NCBI GenBank assembly: GCA_963924565.1
Contig: OZ004609.1
Coordinates: 25,172,001 to 25,236,000 of the forward strand
DNA length: 64,000 nt
DNA from: Ascidiella aspersa
Taxonomy: Eukaryota
Reading direction: 5' to 3'
The translations under genes were made by a program, and so were the position numbers. Below, piece by piece: positions 24,700 through 36,900 of the stretch. The notes beneath the pieces were generated by a model. It searched no databases, had not been told where the DNA came from, and worked only from the letters and a program-made list of their open reading frames with translations. Positions within the stretch are counted from its first letter, which is position 1, and every line of letters begins with the position of its first letter.

Positions 24700-27600
24700 G
24701 TAATTTATTCGCTTTGTGATATTTCCTTGCAATTTCCATTTGTATATATTTCATCTATACGTTAACATTATTTACCGCGTCGTTTCGAATAGAACCACAA
24801 TCCGTAAAACCACATAAGCGTGTTGAAATGGTGTTGAAAGGGGCGCATTTAAACGAACTGCGCTATCGCAGCGGCATTTTTCAGGGGCGTATGCCGGCAT
24901 TTTTTGCGCCGCGCGTCTGGCGTCCATCAGGGGTTTAGCTGACACTGAGCCGACGAAAGATTTAGCTGCTCGCGATAACGAGGATTTTCGCGACCGGGTG
25001 CCGCGGAATTTTCGGCTTGTTATCCTGACTGGGGCAAAGCAACAAACGCGGCGCTTGTCGGATTCCATTTACCAAGCCGTGTGCGTCGTTCCTCCCCCTG
25101 GAAGGCAGTTGCGATAAGGAATAGGTTAAAGTGGCAAATCGGCCGGGATTGTGGCCTGGGTTGACGACTGGGGCTGCTAGGGCTTAACGAGCGCACGAAA
25201 CGCGAATAAGTCGCGGTGTGCGGGCGAGATTGGCAACTTTAGGCGACAGATACGAGTTTTCCGTTAAATAAATCGTCTATAGTGCGCAAACAATTTACCA
25301 GAAGTGTGGTGTGTCTCACTAACTATAGAAAATCGTATCGACCACTCCTCAAATCACGGTAAAACAAATTCGTTAAATAAGAGCCCTGTGTCAACGTCAG
25401 TAAATTTTTTTTGACTACTCGCCAGTATACGAATATTCTTATCTAAAAAATTTGTGCGTAGCCAAGTAAGTCGGCGAAGCGCCCTAGCCCAATCCTAAAC
25501 AACGGAGTCAACTAGAGCGAACCTAAAACACAACGATGCAGCGCCGCGATAAGGATGTCGATCGGAAGCGGGCAAGTTGCTCACACGGGCATAGTGGGAG
25601 CTGTCGGTTGCAAACGCCAGCCGCGGGATGGACAGTCTCGGGTTGGGAGGAAGGCCCACGTCGCCGTTGCGAATTCGCGATTTTACGCCTAAAGTCGGGG
25701 CGTAGTCGCCCAGACCCCGAACGCGAAACAAGCCAAACTACTGCAAGAACGAGCCTATCTCGTTTGCCCGTTTGTGCTGCGCAAATGCACATTGCACACG
25801 GAACACGGCCGTAATCGCTAACTCAAAGCCGTATGGAATGACGTAATGCAAAAAGGGTGCGGACTTCATTTTGGGCAACTTCTCGTCAGCACTCTAGGGC
25901 GTGAATATTTCGAGCTCTTTTAGTTTAAGCGCCGTGCCCTTATTGGGCCTATAATTGAACATCCGACAACCGCTGTAAACAGTAGGTCGAATAAGCATCT
26001 ACGTCGTGAGAAGCCGGTCGCGGAACGATCCCAAAATAAAGATAGAGTGCGGTGAATGTCTAGGGGCGTCCCAGTGCCAATGGCGTGTCTTAGCATCCGG
26101 CCAACGTCGAATTTCAATCATTCGACCGTTTTTAATCCATCATAATGCAACGCGACAAGAGCCGGTTCGCGATTTCGGGTTGGGCGGCCCTTCCCGGCAG
26201 CAACACACCTCGACAATGTTTAACTGGCAGATCGACGGCGCGATAGCCCCGGACATTCGCTGCCCGAGCGCCAGCAAAGGTCGCCGGAAAATACGAGTAA
26301 ATTTACGTTTCGGGCGCATCGGACGAAGCGAATGTCAAACGAGCCGAACTCTTAATCCATTAGGCGAAACTGCAAAAACCGCTGTGGACGCGTTGCATAA
26401 CAAAACGGCCTCCATTAAATTGATGAGGAAGGCTTTCCGCGAGCCGCCACAGCGCGCGCTTGTTGCGGGCGCGCCGCGTTTTAATCGTGCCGTCGGGGTT
26501 AAGGTGTCGCCGATGCGCTTTATAGATTGATTAGCACATAACCTGATAAGGATCGCCGCGCGGCCTGCCTCGGGACGACGGGCGGCAACAACACGGCCGA
26601 CAGGGCGACGAAAGGTCTACGCCAGGCCTTTCTCCGTAGCCGAGCTATATTGCCAAAACGCCATGCGATGAAACTTTATTTTTCCTCTAGGCGCCGGTTA
26701 ACCAGTTGTGTTTCTGGTTAGAGTCAAGCGAGTTTGCATTCGACACGACTGTTTGGGAGGCTGCCAAAACCATGTATATTTTTTTGAAAATTAAGCGTAG
26801 GTCAATGTATAACTGTGTGGAATTACGCCTTACTTCACCACCAGTCCACCACGTGTATTATCTGAGACTACGTGTTTTTTTTCTCGCATTGCAATCCATT
26901 GTCTTTCGACGTAAACAAAATCGCGCCTATGGTCATCTTTCGAAATTTTGTTGTTGTTGTTGTTTTGGCAAAATGCGCAAACAACTTCGTCACTAATAAT
27001 CGCGTCGACCGTTTAAAACGCCACGAAGGGCATAGAAATCGCGCGCGGAGATCCTATCTGGCGCGCTAAGAACTGTGAGAATGCCAAGTGAAAGCGAACA
27101 ATGGCGAGCGCGGTGAATTTGTTATTCGCGTCGCGGGCGCTTCGGCGATCGTCAACGACCGAGAAAAGATAGAAACGCGAGGCGCCCGGCCATCGGGAGA
27201 TTCCCGTGAATAATTGAAGAACAATGCCGCGTCGCGTTCGCTAAAGGCCCGAGAGCCCCCGGGCGTCCGCCGGAAGACAATAAAAATGTCGAGGCTTGTC
27301 ACCTGCAAAGTTGTCGCTTTACCGGATATTTGCGAAAGTCGATTAGCGCGCGGCGCATCGGACGAGTGTCTTTCTGAGCAAGGACTCGAAATGGCGAGGC
27401 GCCTGTCGCGTTGTCGACGCTACCGGGGACACGTCATCATGGTTTGGCTTGTTTGTGACCAAAACACGACGACGACGCGCGAGCTGCCTTGCCTTTATGA
27501 CGGATCGCCGGCGTTCGGGCGATTTTCGTTTGGCGCAATTTGCCACAGAGAAAAATAAAACTTAAAAAATTGGATGATATCTTATTGCAAAAATGTTGAA

Positions 27601-30600
27601 CATTGTAAATATTTTGATTAAAATAGCTCTTTTTGGCAATTATGCTTATTCTTCAACTTTTCGACGACCTACACAAGTTGTCAGGATAAATGACCCCGAA
27701 CGACAAAAAATAAAAAAATACTTGAGGAATTTTTTCGACTGATATTATTAACCTGGTATATGTGGAAGTCGATTTGACCATTAGCGTTAGTTTTAACAGC
27801 TTTAACAACAAATAATAGGCCACTTAAATTCAACTGTCCGGTAGGCAACTATACAACTCCCACAGTAGCGCGGATTTTCCACGGTTTTTACATGTTCGGC
27901 TTGGGAAAAGACTGTAGACTAAGTTTAAAACTGTTTTCTAAGCAAGGCCATTTCCCAACCAAGTAAGCGATTTCCCAACCATCCAGATAGTGATATTGGA
28001 GTGATTCATTTCCCTTCCCTCCTAAAAAGTTTCATGGCGGCTGAAATAAAATCAAATATTTGCAGCTGCGGTGTCGCTCGTTTTGTTGTGTCCAGCACGG
28101 TCGAGTGTTATCGGCGCTTGTAAAACGGTCCTCCCATGCGCGCAATTCCCAAGGCCACCAAAATTCACATCGAAGTAGCCTCGCACCCCTCGCAAATCGA
28201 TGAAGGGGGGATAAATCAAATTAGCCTCGCCAAGCGCCAGGTGCGCTGCCAAAATTTTAGCGCGGGTCGCAAGCAAGACAGCATTTAAGTAGAGTCGTTC
28301 AGGCGCGTTGACAGTCCGTCATAATGCCACCAATGTTGCCGGATCTCCCGGTTAGCAAGGCTATACTGTGACTGAAGTGCAGCACCTGTCCACGGGCAGC
28401 GGCACCACATGCTAAGCGAAAAGCGGACTGTGACTTGTTTACGAGCCACGCACAGATGAATTTGAACGAGCTGGGAATTCCACGCGGGTGGCTTAACGGC
28501 CCGAGCTGGACGACCTGTTGTTCACCCGTTTCTCGAACGTCGGAATTGTAGGCGATTTAGCTCTCGTCACGTCACGAGACGTCGCCGAACCGCGATGACT
28601 GATCGTCTCAAACCTCGCCTGCAAAACATTCGCTGGCGCTCTTTATTTTTTTCGCAAAACGCCATCGATATCGAAAATCGAGCAGCGTTATTAAGCGATT
28701 AGCCGAGAGTGCCGGGCAGAAACGGTGCGCGGTACACTTGTCAACTGTCATAAGTCGTCCCGGCATTTAGCCGCTGACCCCGTGTAAACAAGGATTTTGC
28801 GCTTTTCACTTGTCGCCGTGGAGCCAAGAACCGCGGCATCACTGTGAAGAAAGGTTTCTGGGAAACCGCCGGAACAGTCGAGTCCGTATCGCTATCACTA
28901 ACGAGGCGGGGTAAACAAACAATAAGATGCGCTTCTAACTAGGACGGCGAGCAATCGATTTTGCGTTAGGCGTTTCCACAAAACCGTCGGATCGACTTTT
29001 TTCCACTAAACCGCGCTGCAAAACTATGGAATTCGTATGAAAAATCGCTCGAGCAGGGCCGTGGGGGTGCAAACCGGCCATTATCGCGCTTTCGCAATGT
29101 TAGTCGCATCAAGATTTGCGTCACGGGCCCAGCGATGACGACATTGGGCGAGATAGGCGCGGATAGCAGAACACATGGCAGGGCATAATGACCGGTGTTA
29201 GGGCGCTTAATGGATGCTTTATTCAGCCGCGATGGCCAGTAAAGCTTGGAACGGTGATTTGCGCAGTTCACGCGCCAGTCGTGGAGTCCGCTTTGCTTAA
29301 CCTGGGCCGTCATTGAAAACGCGTTATCCTAAAGCAGTTTTCGGGTGGTACGCCAGCAGCTTTCGGATCTTATGCGGAGTTTTATAAAATTAATACAAAT
29401 AAAGTATAATAGCGGCTGTCAGAAGTTCAATCTCGTTTCGCCACAATAAAAGTGGCAGTGTTGGAGATTTTTACATCGCGGCGGACTGAGTTCAAAAAAA
29501 ATTGCCATTGCAAATATTCTCCTATGAATCGGGGATATTTTCTCGGGCGGGGAATCGCAACACAACATCTCGGCGTCCCGATAACCGGGAAATAACTTTT
29601 ATAGACATCTCGCACAAGATCTCAGTTTTAAATTTAGTTCAGATTCCACATTGGGAGAAAAATCGCAGCCGAAATGAGGGACACCGCATGTATTATAGCG
29701 CCATAGTCTCATCGGACCTGCATGTATAGAGCGACATAGGGCGGAAAATGCAAAACAAGCCTGGCAGCAGACGCCTTATCGAGTTTCATCATCTTAAATC
29801 AATAGCAAGGCATAACATGCGGGTGCTGACACAGCGAGCGTCAGCCGCGTAGAAAAATACGCGTTTTTCAGCATGGAAAATATTTTCGAACTTTGTCATC
29901 GTGGCCCGACTTCACAAAGCCTGGAATACGCATTTGGCGCTTCGTGAATCGGCCGAGGCGCGCGGAATTCCATCCGCCATATTAACCGAGCGACCTGGAA
30001 CGCTGGCTAATTCGCCGTTACTCGGGGGCGTAGATTTAGGCGCCAACCATTCTAAACGTGGTCTTCGACCTTTGCCGCACAATGGGCCGAGCGGCTCGAA
30101 CGTGACAGCGCGCGAGCGGGAACGGGCGATTAGGCGACCGCGCGCCCAGCGCCGCGGCCAAGGGTGCTGGCGTGCCCGTGTAATTGCGCCGCGTTTAATT
30201 AACGCCACTCCAACGCTCCGACAACACATCGTACACGTTGTGGCCCCGGCCTGGCGCTCAGGACAGACCGACGCCTGTGCGGCGGAGTGAAGCCCGACTA
30301 TAGGTAGCACCACCATACGTCATCTAATATAATTGCCGCGACGAGCTCGCTTCTCGCACTCCTGGCTAGGCGCCGCAACCGCATCTGGCTTAATTGCGTT
30401 GTGATTTTATTAATTGTAATTGCGCCCCGGCTATAGGATGTCGTCATGCGCCTTTTCCGCGTGAGTTATTCCACGAGCGATTCTTATTTTCAGCCGCTAT
30501 AAATTGCTCGGCGACGTAACGCCTATAGGGCAGGCTAAAAAAAAACGAAGAGCGCCTCTGCCGCGCGAAGTTCATGTTTACAAACACAACGCCCTGTGTT

Positions 30601-33600
30601 TACGGACACACAGGAAATCTGTTAGTGCCCCTTAACCGCCGTTGCTATACTAATTCGTCGATCCGATGACTAGAGAGTCACGCATACCCACAAACACACA
30701 CTTATATATTTACACATGATGCTTATATATCTACATTCGTTTGGGATATTTAGCACGCAAAGGAACCACCCCTAATAAACAGACAAGCCTCATAAGTGAT
30801 AAAGATAGGCGCACTTAAAGGTGGTCGATACAAATAGGATCCGGGCTCGTTTTAGTCCTGGCAATAACCGTCAGTTTTCTGGTGGCGGTATAAGACCCTT
30901 TATTTTATCTAGTTCTCTTGATCTCGCCCGGCCCTTTTTTTCTGTTGCGGTTAAATTACGTTAAGGTTGCTGGGAACGACTGGTTTTTCTGACAGTTAGG
31001 CCGGGCGCAATATTACCCTTCGAAATTCGCCGACTCTTGGTTTCACGACTATTTTTTCTCACGATTTAGAACGAGATAATTTCGTGCCTATAAATTTCTC
31101 GTTTGCAGCGAGGCCGCAAATATTGAACGAATTACGTTTTTCGAATGTGCCATTAGCTGGATGTGTTATTTAATTAAAACGAGACATCTATCTTTTGACC
31201 GTAATGGATGGAGATTGAAGTACAACACAAAAAACAAATGAGAAAGTTAATTTAGAGTCACTCAATATTTATCTGACGTTTATCTAAGTATCAAAGAAAA
31301 AAACGTGAACGTCCAAGTTATCCACTGGCTGTAGGTTTAGGGCGTTTACGAAAATATTAAAACAGCAAACAAAGTTGCTTGATCGATTAGCGTTGGAGTT
31401 GGCGTGGAGCTGATCCCACATTTAGAAACGAGCGTCGCCCATTCGACAAGCTCTCATGCATCAAGCGTTAGACAGCAGAAAGGGGGGGAGGGGGTCGTTT
31501 TCGCATACACCGAATGCATCGCGCCGTCGCCAAACTAAACGACCGTCGAAAATTCGTGGAAGGGCATCAAGTGCTGAACAGAAGTGGGGGAGGCCGAGCT
31601 GCTGGCGAATGGGGCCCGCAAGCGCCGCTGCTCTGTTTACTGCAATGACGAGCGGTACACGATAGATAGGCGAGATTTCGCCGAAATCGCCCGGGCCGCT
31701 TTGCCCACGGCTGGAGCGGGCAAGGCGGCCGTCGCGGAACGAACGCGATTTCGCGCGACGCCGACACCGCCAAAAAGCTCTCGTTCCGGCGCCTTTTAGA
31801 AACGACGCTTGATATTGGGCCGAAAAACGTGCGAACGTCGGAAACCGCCGCCGTCGAGAGTTGGCCGTGGCGTCTGGCAACTGTCGAAATAAATTTCCCT
31901 CGCTGTTTAGCTTTGGACGAAGCACACGTTATTATCGCTGCTGCGTATTCGCCGCTCAAAACGCGCACACGAAATCGTGAGTTGATTCGAACTGCGTGAC
32001 GCGAGAGTTTTTTTAAATGTTGATAAAGCCGCTAACACGGCTTAACCCAGTGCGAGAACTGACAACTTTAATCGCGGTCTGTTTCTCCTACAAGCGACTT
32101 CGGGCGAGGACTAACTTTTTGCTTGTGTGGAGAATCGGGCGCTCGCCATTATTACAGAGTTTTGATTTTGAAGAAAAAGCTCCCGTTTAAGCAATCAGCC
32201 AGTATAGTGTCAATACGCCGAAACCGAAAAACGCTTGATAAAACGGGGTGAAAACGACATTTAACTGACCTTAAATAGCGAACGGTCATGCGGAAAACGC
32301 TATTGCGGCCAGGCACATTTGTAGCGCAAATAAACGTCGCGTCGATGATAAAATAGCCAACTTATTTGCTGCACGCAGCTGCCCGAGACGCAATTATTCA
32401 ACAAAATGGCGACCGTTTTAAGGCTGCTGAAAGTGGCGACGGCCTGGCCAATCCGCTTCTTGGCAGTTGCCGTGACCTCGCGGGTCGCCCGTTTTAGATT
32501 TAAGCCTAAAATCCGACCGATCGCTCGACGTTCTGCGTCTTGACCGTTATTGTTTTACGAATTCGCGAAATCGGATTTCGGCGCCGCGACCGCCACACCT
32601 CTCGGAAGTGAAGAGTGTTTTCGGCTAGAAAAGTTGTTTTGCTTTAGCCGTGCCAGCGTACAGCGCCTCGCAACAACCGCGCGTTGCCTAACGATGCACG
32701 GCAATAAATCGTCAGATTAAAGCGGCCGACGAAAAGAAATTCTGGCGAAACGCCAGAGCGGGAGTCGTGGGGCCGCGAACCCGAGGCCGAATTCCGCGCG
32801 ATCGTCAATCAAAAACTCGCGAGCGCGGCCTCCCTGCGCAGGCGGCAAAACTTTCCTGGGATCTGAAGGCGCGATGTGTTGTTAATAGCCGCCTGATCCT
32901 TGTGAGAATCTGGCAATGGGAGGCGGACACCTCGAGGTCACCGCCGAACAGCTCTTGAGAATATCCGTTTTCGGACACAGTTTATACAAAGTTTTAAAAG
33001 TAGCACGCTCATTTTATTGTGTATTTTTTGGCAGCTGTTAACCCCCCTTTGAAACTTACGTAACACCTTAAAAAGTCATATGTTTAGAATTTCACACCAG
33101 TAAGTTTCCCAGCCCGTTTAGGTTTAAATCATGATAAGTTTGGCACAGCGGCATCTGCGGAGAGACCAAAGTAATTGGTCGCAACTTCCAGCAGCAGAAT
33201 AACGGCCAGATGCGCTTATCGCTGCTTCCCTCCCCCGCCCTTGTCACCCTCAAGCACGCTATCGGGCCAATTGCGCGCACTCGCCAGTCGATTTTCTCCG
33301 ACGCAAATGTGCAGTTGACTTTCGCCGCCGTGTTGACTTAGCTCAGGGGCAGGCATTAATTGCGGCAGCGGCCATCGCTTTCTTCCCAGAGTTGCTCTCC
33401 TCCCGCGCGACTTCTATCTTTAGCCTCCAGCCGATCGGCTGTTTGTTTGTCTTGCGGCGCGCCGGAATCCCGCCGTGTCCTCCGCTGCCCATCTTATCGT
33501 GACACTCGCGGGCGATTTGCTCCTATCGTCCTATCGCGGATGAAGCAGCTGTCTGCGAGCGCGCACCCCAAAATTGCCGCCTGTATCTGATTGCAACCGG

Positions 33601-33996
33601 TCGCCTATAATGTCCGGCGTGATTCATTTCGAGCTGCATAAACTATTTATTCGCTTAAATACTGTTGCGTACAGCCACACAGCGCCAGTTTTAAATGTAT
33701 TTTAAAGTATAGAGAAAGTTTTTTTAATAGCCTATTTTAAACCTCTGATGTCGATGACCAGTTTTAAACATCTTCAAAAATACATAATTGTCAAACTGCT
33801 TTTCAAAACCCATAACTAAATCGTTCCCTTTTCTTATTCAGCTTCAGCGATGAAGTTCAAGACCGAATGTGCGATGGACCCCTACCCGACAAACGGTATG
33901 GACCGCAAGCCGGCACCTTACCCCATGCCTACCGCCATCCCGGTGCCCGCGGGTTACTCCAATGCCTACTACGACAGCAAATCCTGTGCGATGTAA
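23052..33996 (+). CDS. FoxF: FoxF forkhead transcription factor, whole gene: join(23052..24699,33842..33996), 600 aa
   Basis: Forkhead domain [110 protein letters not shown] is diagnostic of the FoxF1/F2/biniou subclass. GT-AG intron 24700..33841 (phase 1) joins in frame to a C-terminus resembling vertebrate FOXF1 (MCDRK...YQDIKPCVM*). Confidence 0.95.
23394..23456 (+). repeat. CAA/CAG repeats encoding Q9 and Q7 in the FoxF N-terminus
   Basis: Read directly in frame. Confidence 0.9.
33842..33996 (+). CDS. FoxF: FoxF coding exon 2: (A)[50 protein letters not shown]
   Basis: Acceptor ttcccttttcttattcag ending 33841; 155 nt = 2 + 51 codons, matching the phase-1 donor; DRK and C-x-M-stop motifs match FOXF1/F2 exon 2. 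Confidence 0.9.
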
Positions 33997-36900
33997 AATC
34001 GCCCGGCCGCTAGACGTCGCACCGGCCCCGCACTTCCGGGCGTTACGTCACCCCGGAAAATTACACGAGTCGGAAGGAATTTTACGGCGATTCTCCGTTG
34101 TTGACTTTCTCTAGGCTGCAGTTGTCGCGAGTGAACACCTCCGAGAATGTGCAAGAGCCGAGAAATACGCAAACCGTCGTTCGCCAGTTTGTTTGCAAAA
34201 TAACGAGCCCACAGCGGCGTGACTCGGCTCGGCTAAAACGGTTATTTATAGTCGCAATTGCTACGCCATCCCATTCACTCATCACCACTTGCAATACATC
34301 GACTTCGATAGGACGGGGATTCGCATGAAAAAGGGCTGCTATTCGCTGTCGGCTCTCCAGCTTAACATATCTCCGACGTGATGCAAGGCAGATATGCCCG
34401 ATTTGGCAGCGACGGCTCAAAGGTCGGTGGTTTTTGCATTAATTAGCGCCGAAGACGAGCGGGATCACTGGTGTCGAGCGGACATTTTTGGCGAGATTAC
34501 GGTGCCACCCCGGGCCGTCTTAGATAAGACTTTGGTTCGTGATGGACGATCTTCAGAAGCCGGCTCGTGCGCGCGGCCCATTCTCAACACCAGCGGCCGC
34601 GGTGCGGCAGCAACTTGCGCTCAGCGGTGTATAATAAATCCCATTGTGCGCGGGCGCAGCACAAAATAAACGCGACGAGAACAAGTAGCGGAGGTTGGGT
34701 TGCTAAATGGGCACCAGTTCGCACTGCTGCTACGGCAAACAGGCGGGGCCCTGCCAGCGAGGTTAGGTTGTTTGTTGCTGCCTGGCGTGGGACGTGCTGG
34801 CCCAGGGGCTACCATTTGCCGCTATCTGTCAGACACCATTGCCTTTGACACGTTAGGAATCAATTAAGGCGCCCTGTGCCGAGACCTGTTCGTTATATTG
34901 TTTACGCTGCGACGTTGAGCCACCCAGGTTGCCCTTTTTTGTGTTTTTTTTTGCATTGAAATTTCACCCGCGGAGCCTTATCTTGCCCAGTGCGCTTTCG
35001 ACTTGCGCCGGTGTGCTTGGCAGCTGGCAACCACACAGGCACAACACTTCAACTGCGATTCGCTAGTAATTTATTTTTTCTAAACACAGAAACGTTCGAA
35101 AAATTAGAAAGGAACTCGTAAACTCGATTTCGACTTAACCAGTCGCAATTGGCGAGCCACAGCCGAGCGCGCCTCCTCTCAAAACAGCAACAGTTGCCGT
35201 TATGCAAAAACATCACTGTACAAGTGTACAGCGCTATCTGTACGATCGCTCTTGGCCCAAAGGAGATGTGCGTCGCTCACAGAACGTTTCGGGAATTTTT
35301 CCTCGGCCTCTAACGAAAATAAACAGCGTTCTGCTGGCTGCGCTTCGAGGTAGCAACATTATGCCCACCAACGAATTACTGATCGCTTCATCGCCTTTCG
35401 TTGTGACTAAAAATAAATTGGCATTTCGAGTTGTTTAAAAATTTCGCTTTGGGAAAAATGAAAATTGATAGGATCTGTGCGGAGCTGTTAATTCATATAC
35501 CCGATTGCAAAGATAGGAATCACATCGGAAATAATTTAAACCCATGATGCGCTGTATACTTTGTTTTAAATAAACAATTGTGAAAGTTTGCTGTAATAAT
35601 TATAGGCCTAGTATAAACATTGTGTCGAAACATCGTTTCCTATACGGTTTTGCTTGTTCGATTTACTTGAAAAAGTGTACCCGAAGTTAATAGATCGGAC
35701 AATTTAAAAATATTTTTTAAAAGAAAACTTGCCGCTTCGCTAAAAGTTAGTACGGTATAACTTACACACGAAATGGTAGCATAACACACGTTATACCTCT
35801 GCTGAATTTCGCCAATATCACGCAACGCCATTGCATTTCTTTCATTTCAAATACAACGCCGCCCAACACCTTTGCTTTTCGTCGTTAGTTATATTTCTAT
35901 TTACCAAGCGACATCCGGTATTCGATCGTCAGCGAATGTGGATAATTTGTTCGCGCCGTTATTTACGCACAGTTTTTCTATTTGTTCTTTTACACCTTCT
36001 ACAATTTTCCTGTTGTTATTTTTTCGATCGTGTTTCTGTGGAACGTAACATAAACGAGCGTTTTCAATTTGGCCTAAGTGTGTTGTTCATTTTTGTCTGC
36101 CAAAGCTTAGTTTTTTGTCTGCAGGTTTGAAACGCAGAAACTAAGAGTAAATCCTAGGCTTTCAAACTTAAAACTAAAGGTTTCTTACAAAAGTGCTAAG
36201 GACATTTTTGCCTTTATGGTCAGAAAAATGCTTAGTGATGGAAGTATAAGCTCACCACTCGACCACACGGGACCACCGCTTTACTAATTAGGCTTTACAG
36301 ACTTAAATTAAGAGCAGTAATTACAGCAATAATCAAGGAAACACGAATCGTCACCAACTTCTGTTCGTGATCGCTAAATATTGTAGAAAACAAGGATCTA
36401 AAAGTAAAACAAAAATTGAACTAAAATTTACAAAATATCTTCTTGATTGTTTTAAATAACAAAGGAATCTCGATTTCTGTGAAAAGTAGAAATGGAGAAA
36501 ACTGCAAGAATAAAGGACACAGACTATTGGTGTTACAGCATTTTCGTATGTTTTCAAATTAATTGAGCTGAATGCGAAACAAAGCGGCCATTTGAGATTT
36601 TAGATCATAATATCTGCTAAATTTATGAGATACCATCTGCACCGCACAGGATTTTACCCGGGTAAAAGCAAATGTCGGTTCGCCTTAAACCAAAAACGAA
36701 AAATATATTTATTTTAAAGTTGTTTAATCCAGTCGAACCGGCGTCAACCTGCTTCCGTTATGTCGACCAACCACCTACAGACGCGCCTTTCCAAGACTTT
36801 GGCTAAATATATTGCGCTTTAAAAATTCATATGAGCACCGACGCTGTCGGCAAGACCGGGCGTCGCAATGGCAAGTGCGGCTAATATCGGTTATTGTTCC

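Noticed and set aside
24700-24719. End of the 555-aa track ORF (GNLFAL*) as the FoxF C-terminus
   Set aside because: It is read-through into the intron; a good donor and a conserved downstream exon explain the gene better.
23000-24732. Overlapping and antisense ORFs within FoxF exon 1
   Set aside because: Shadow frames of a GC-rich coding sequence; no recognisable domains.
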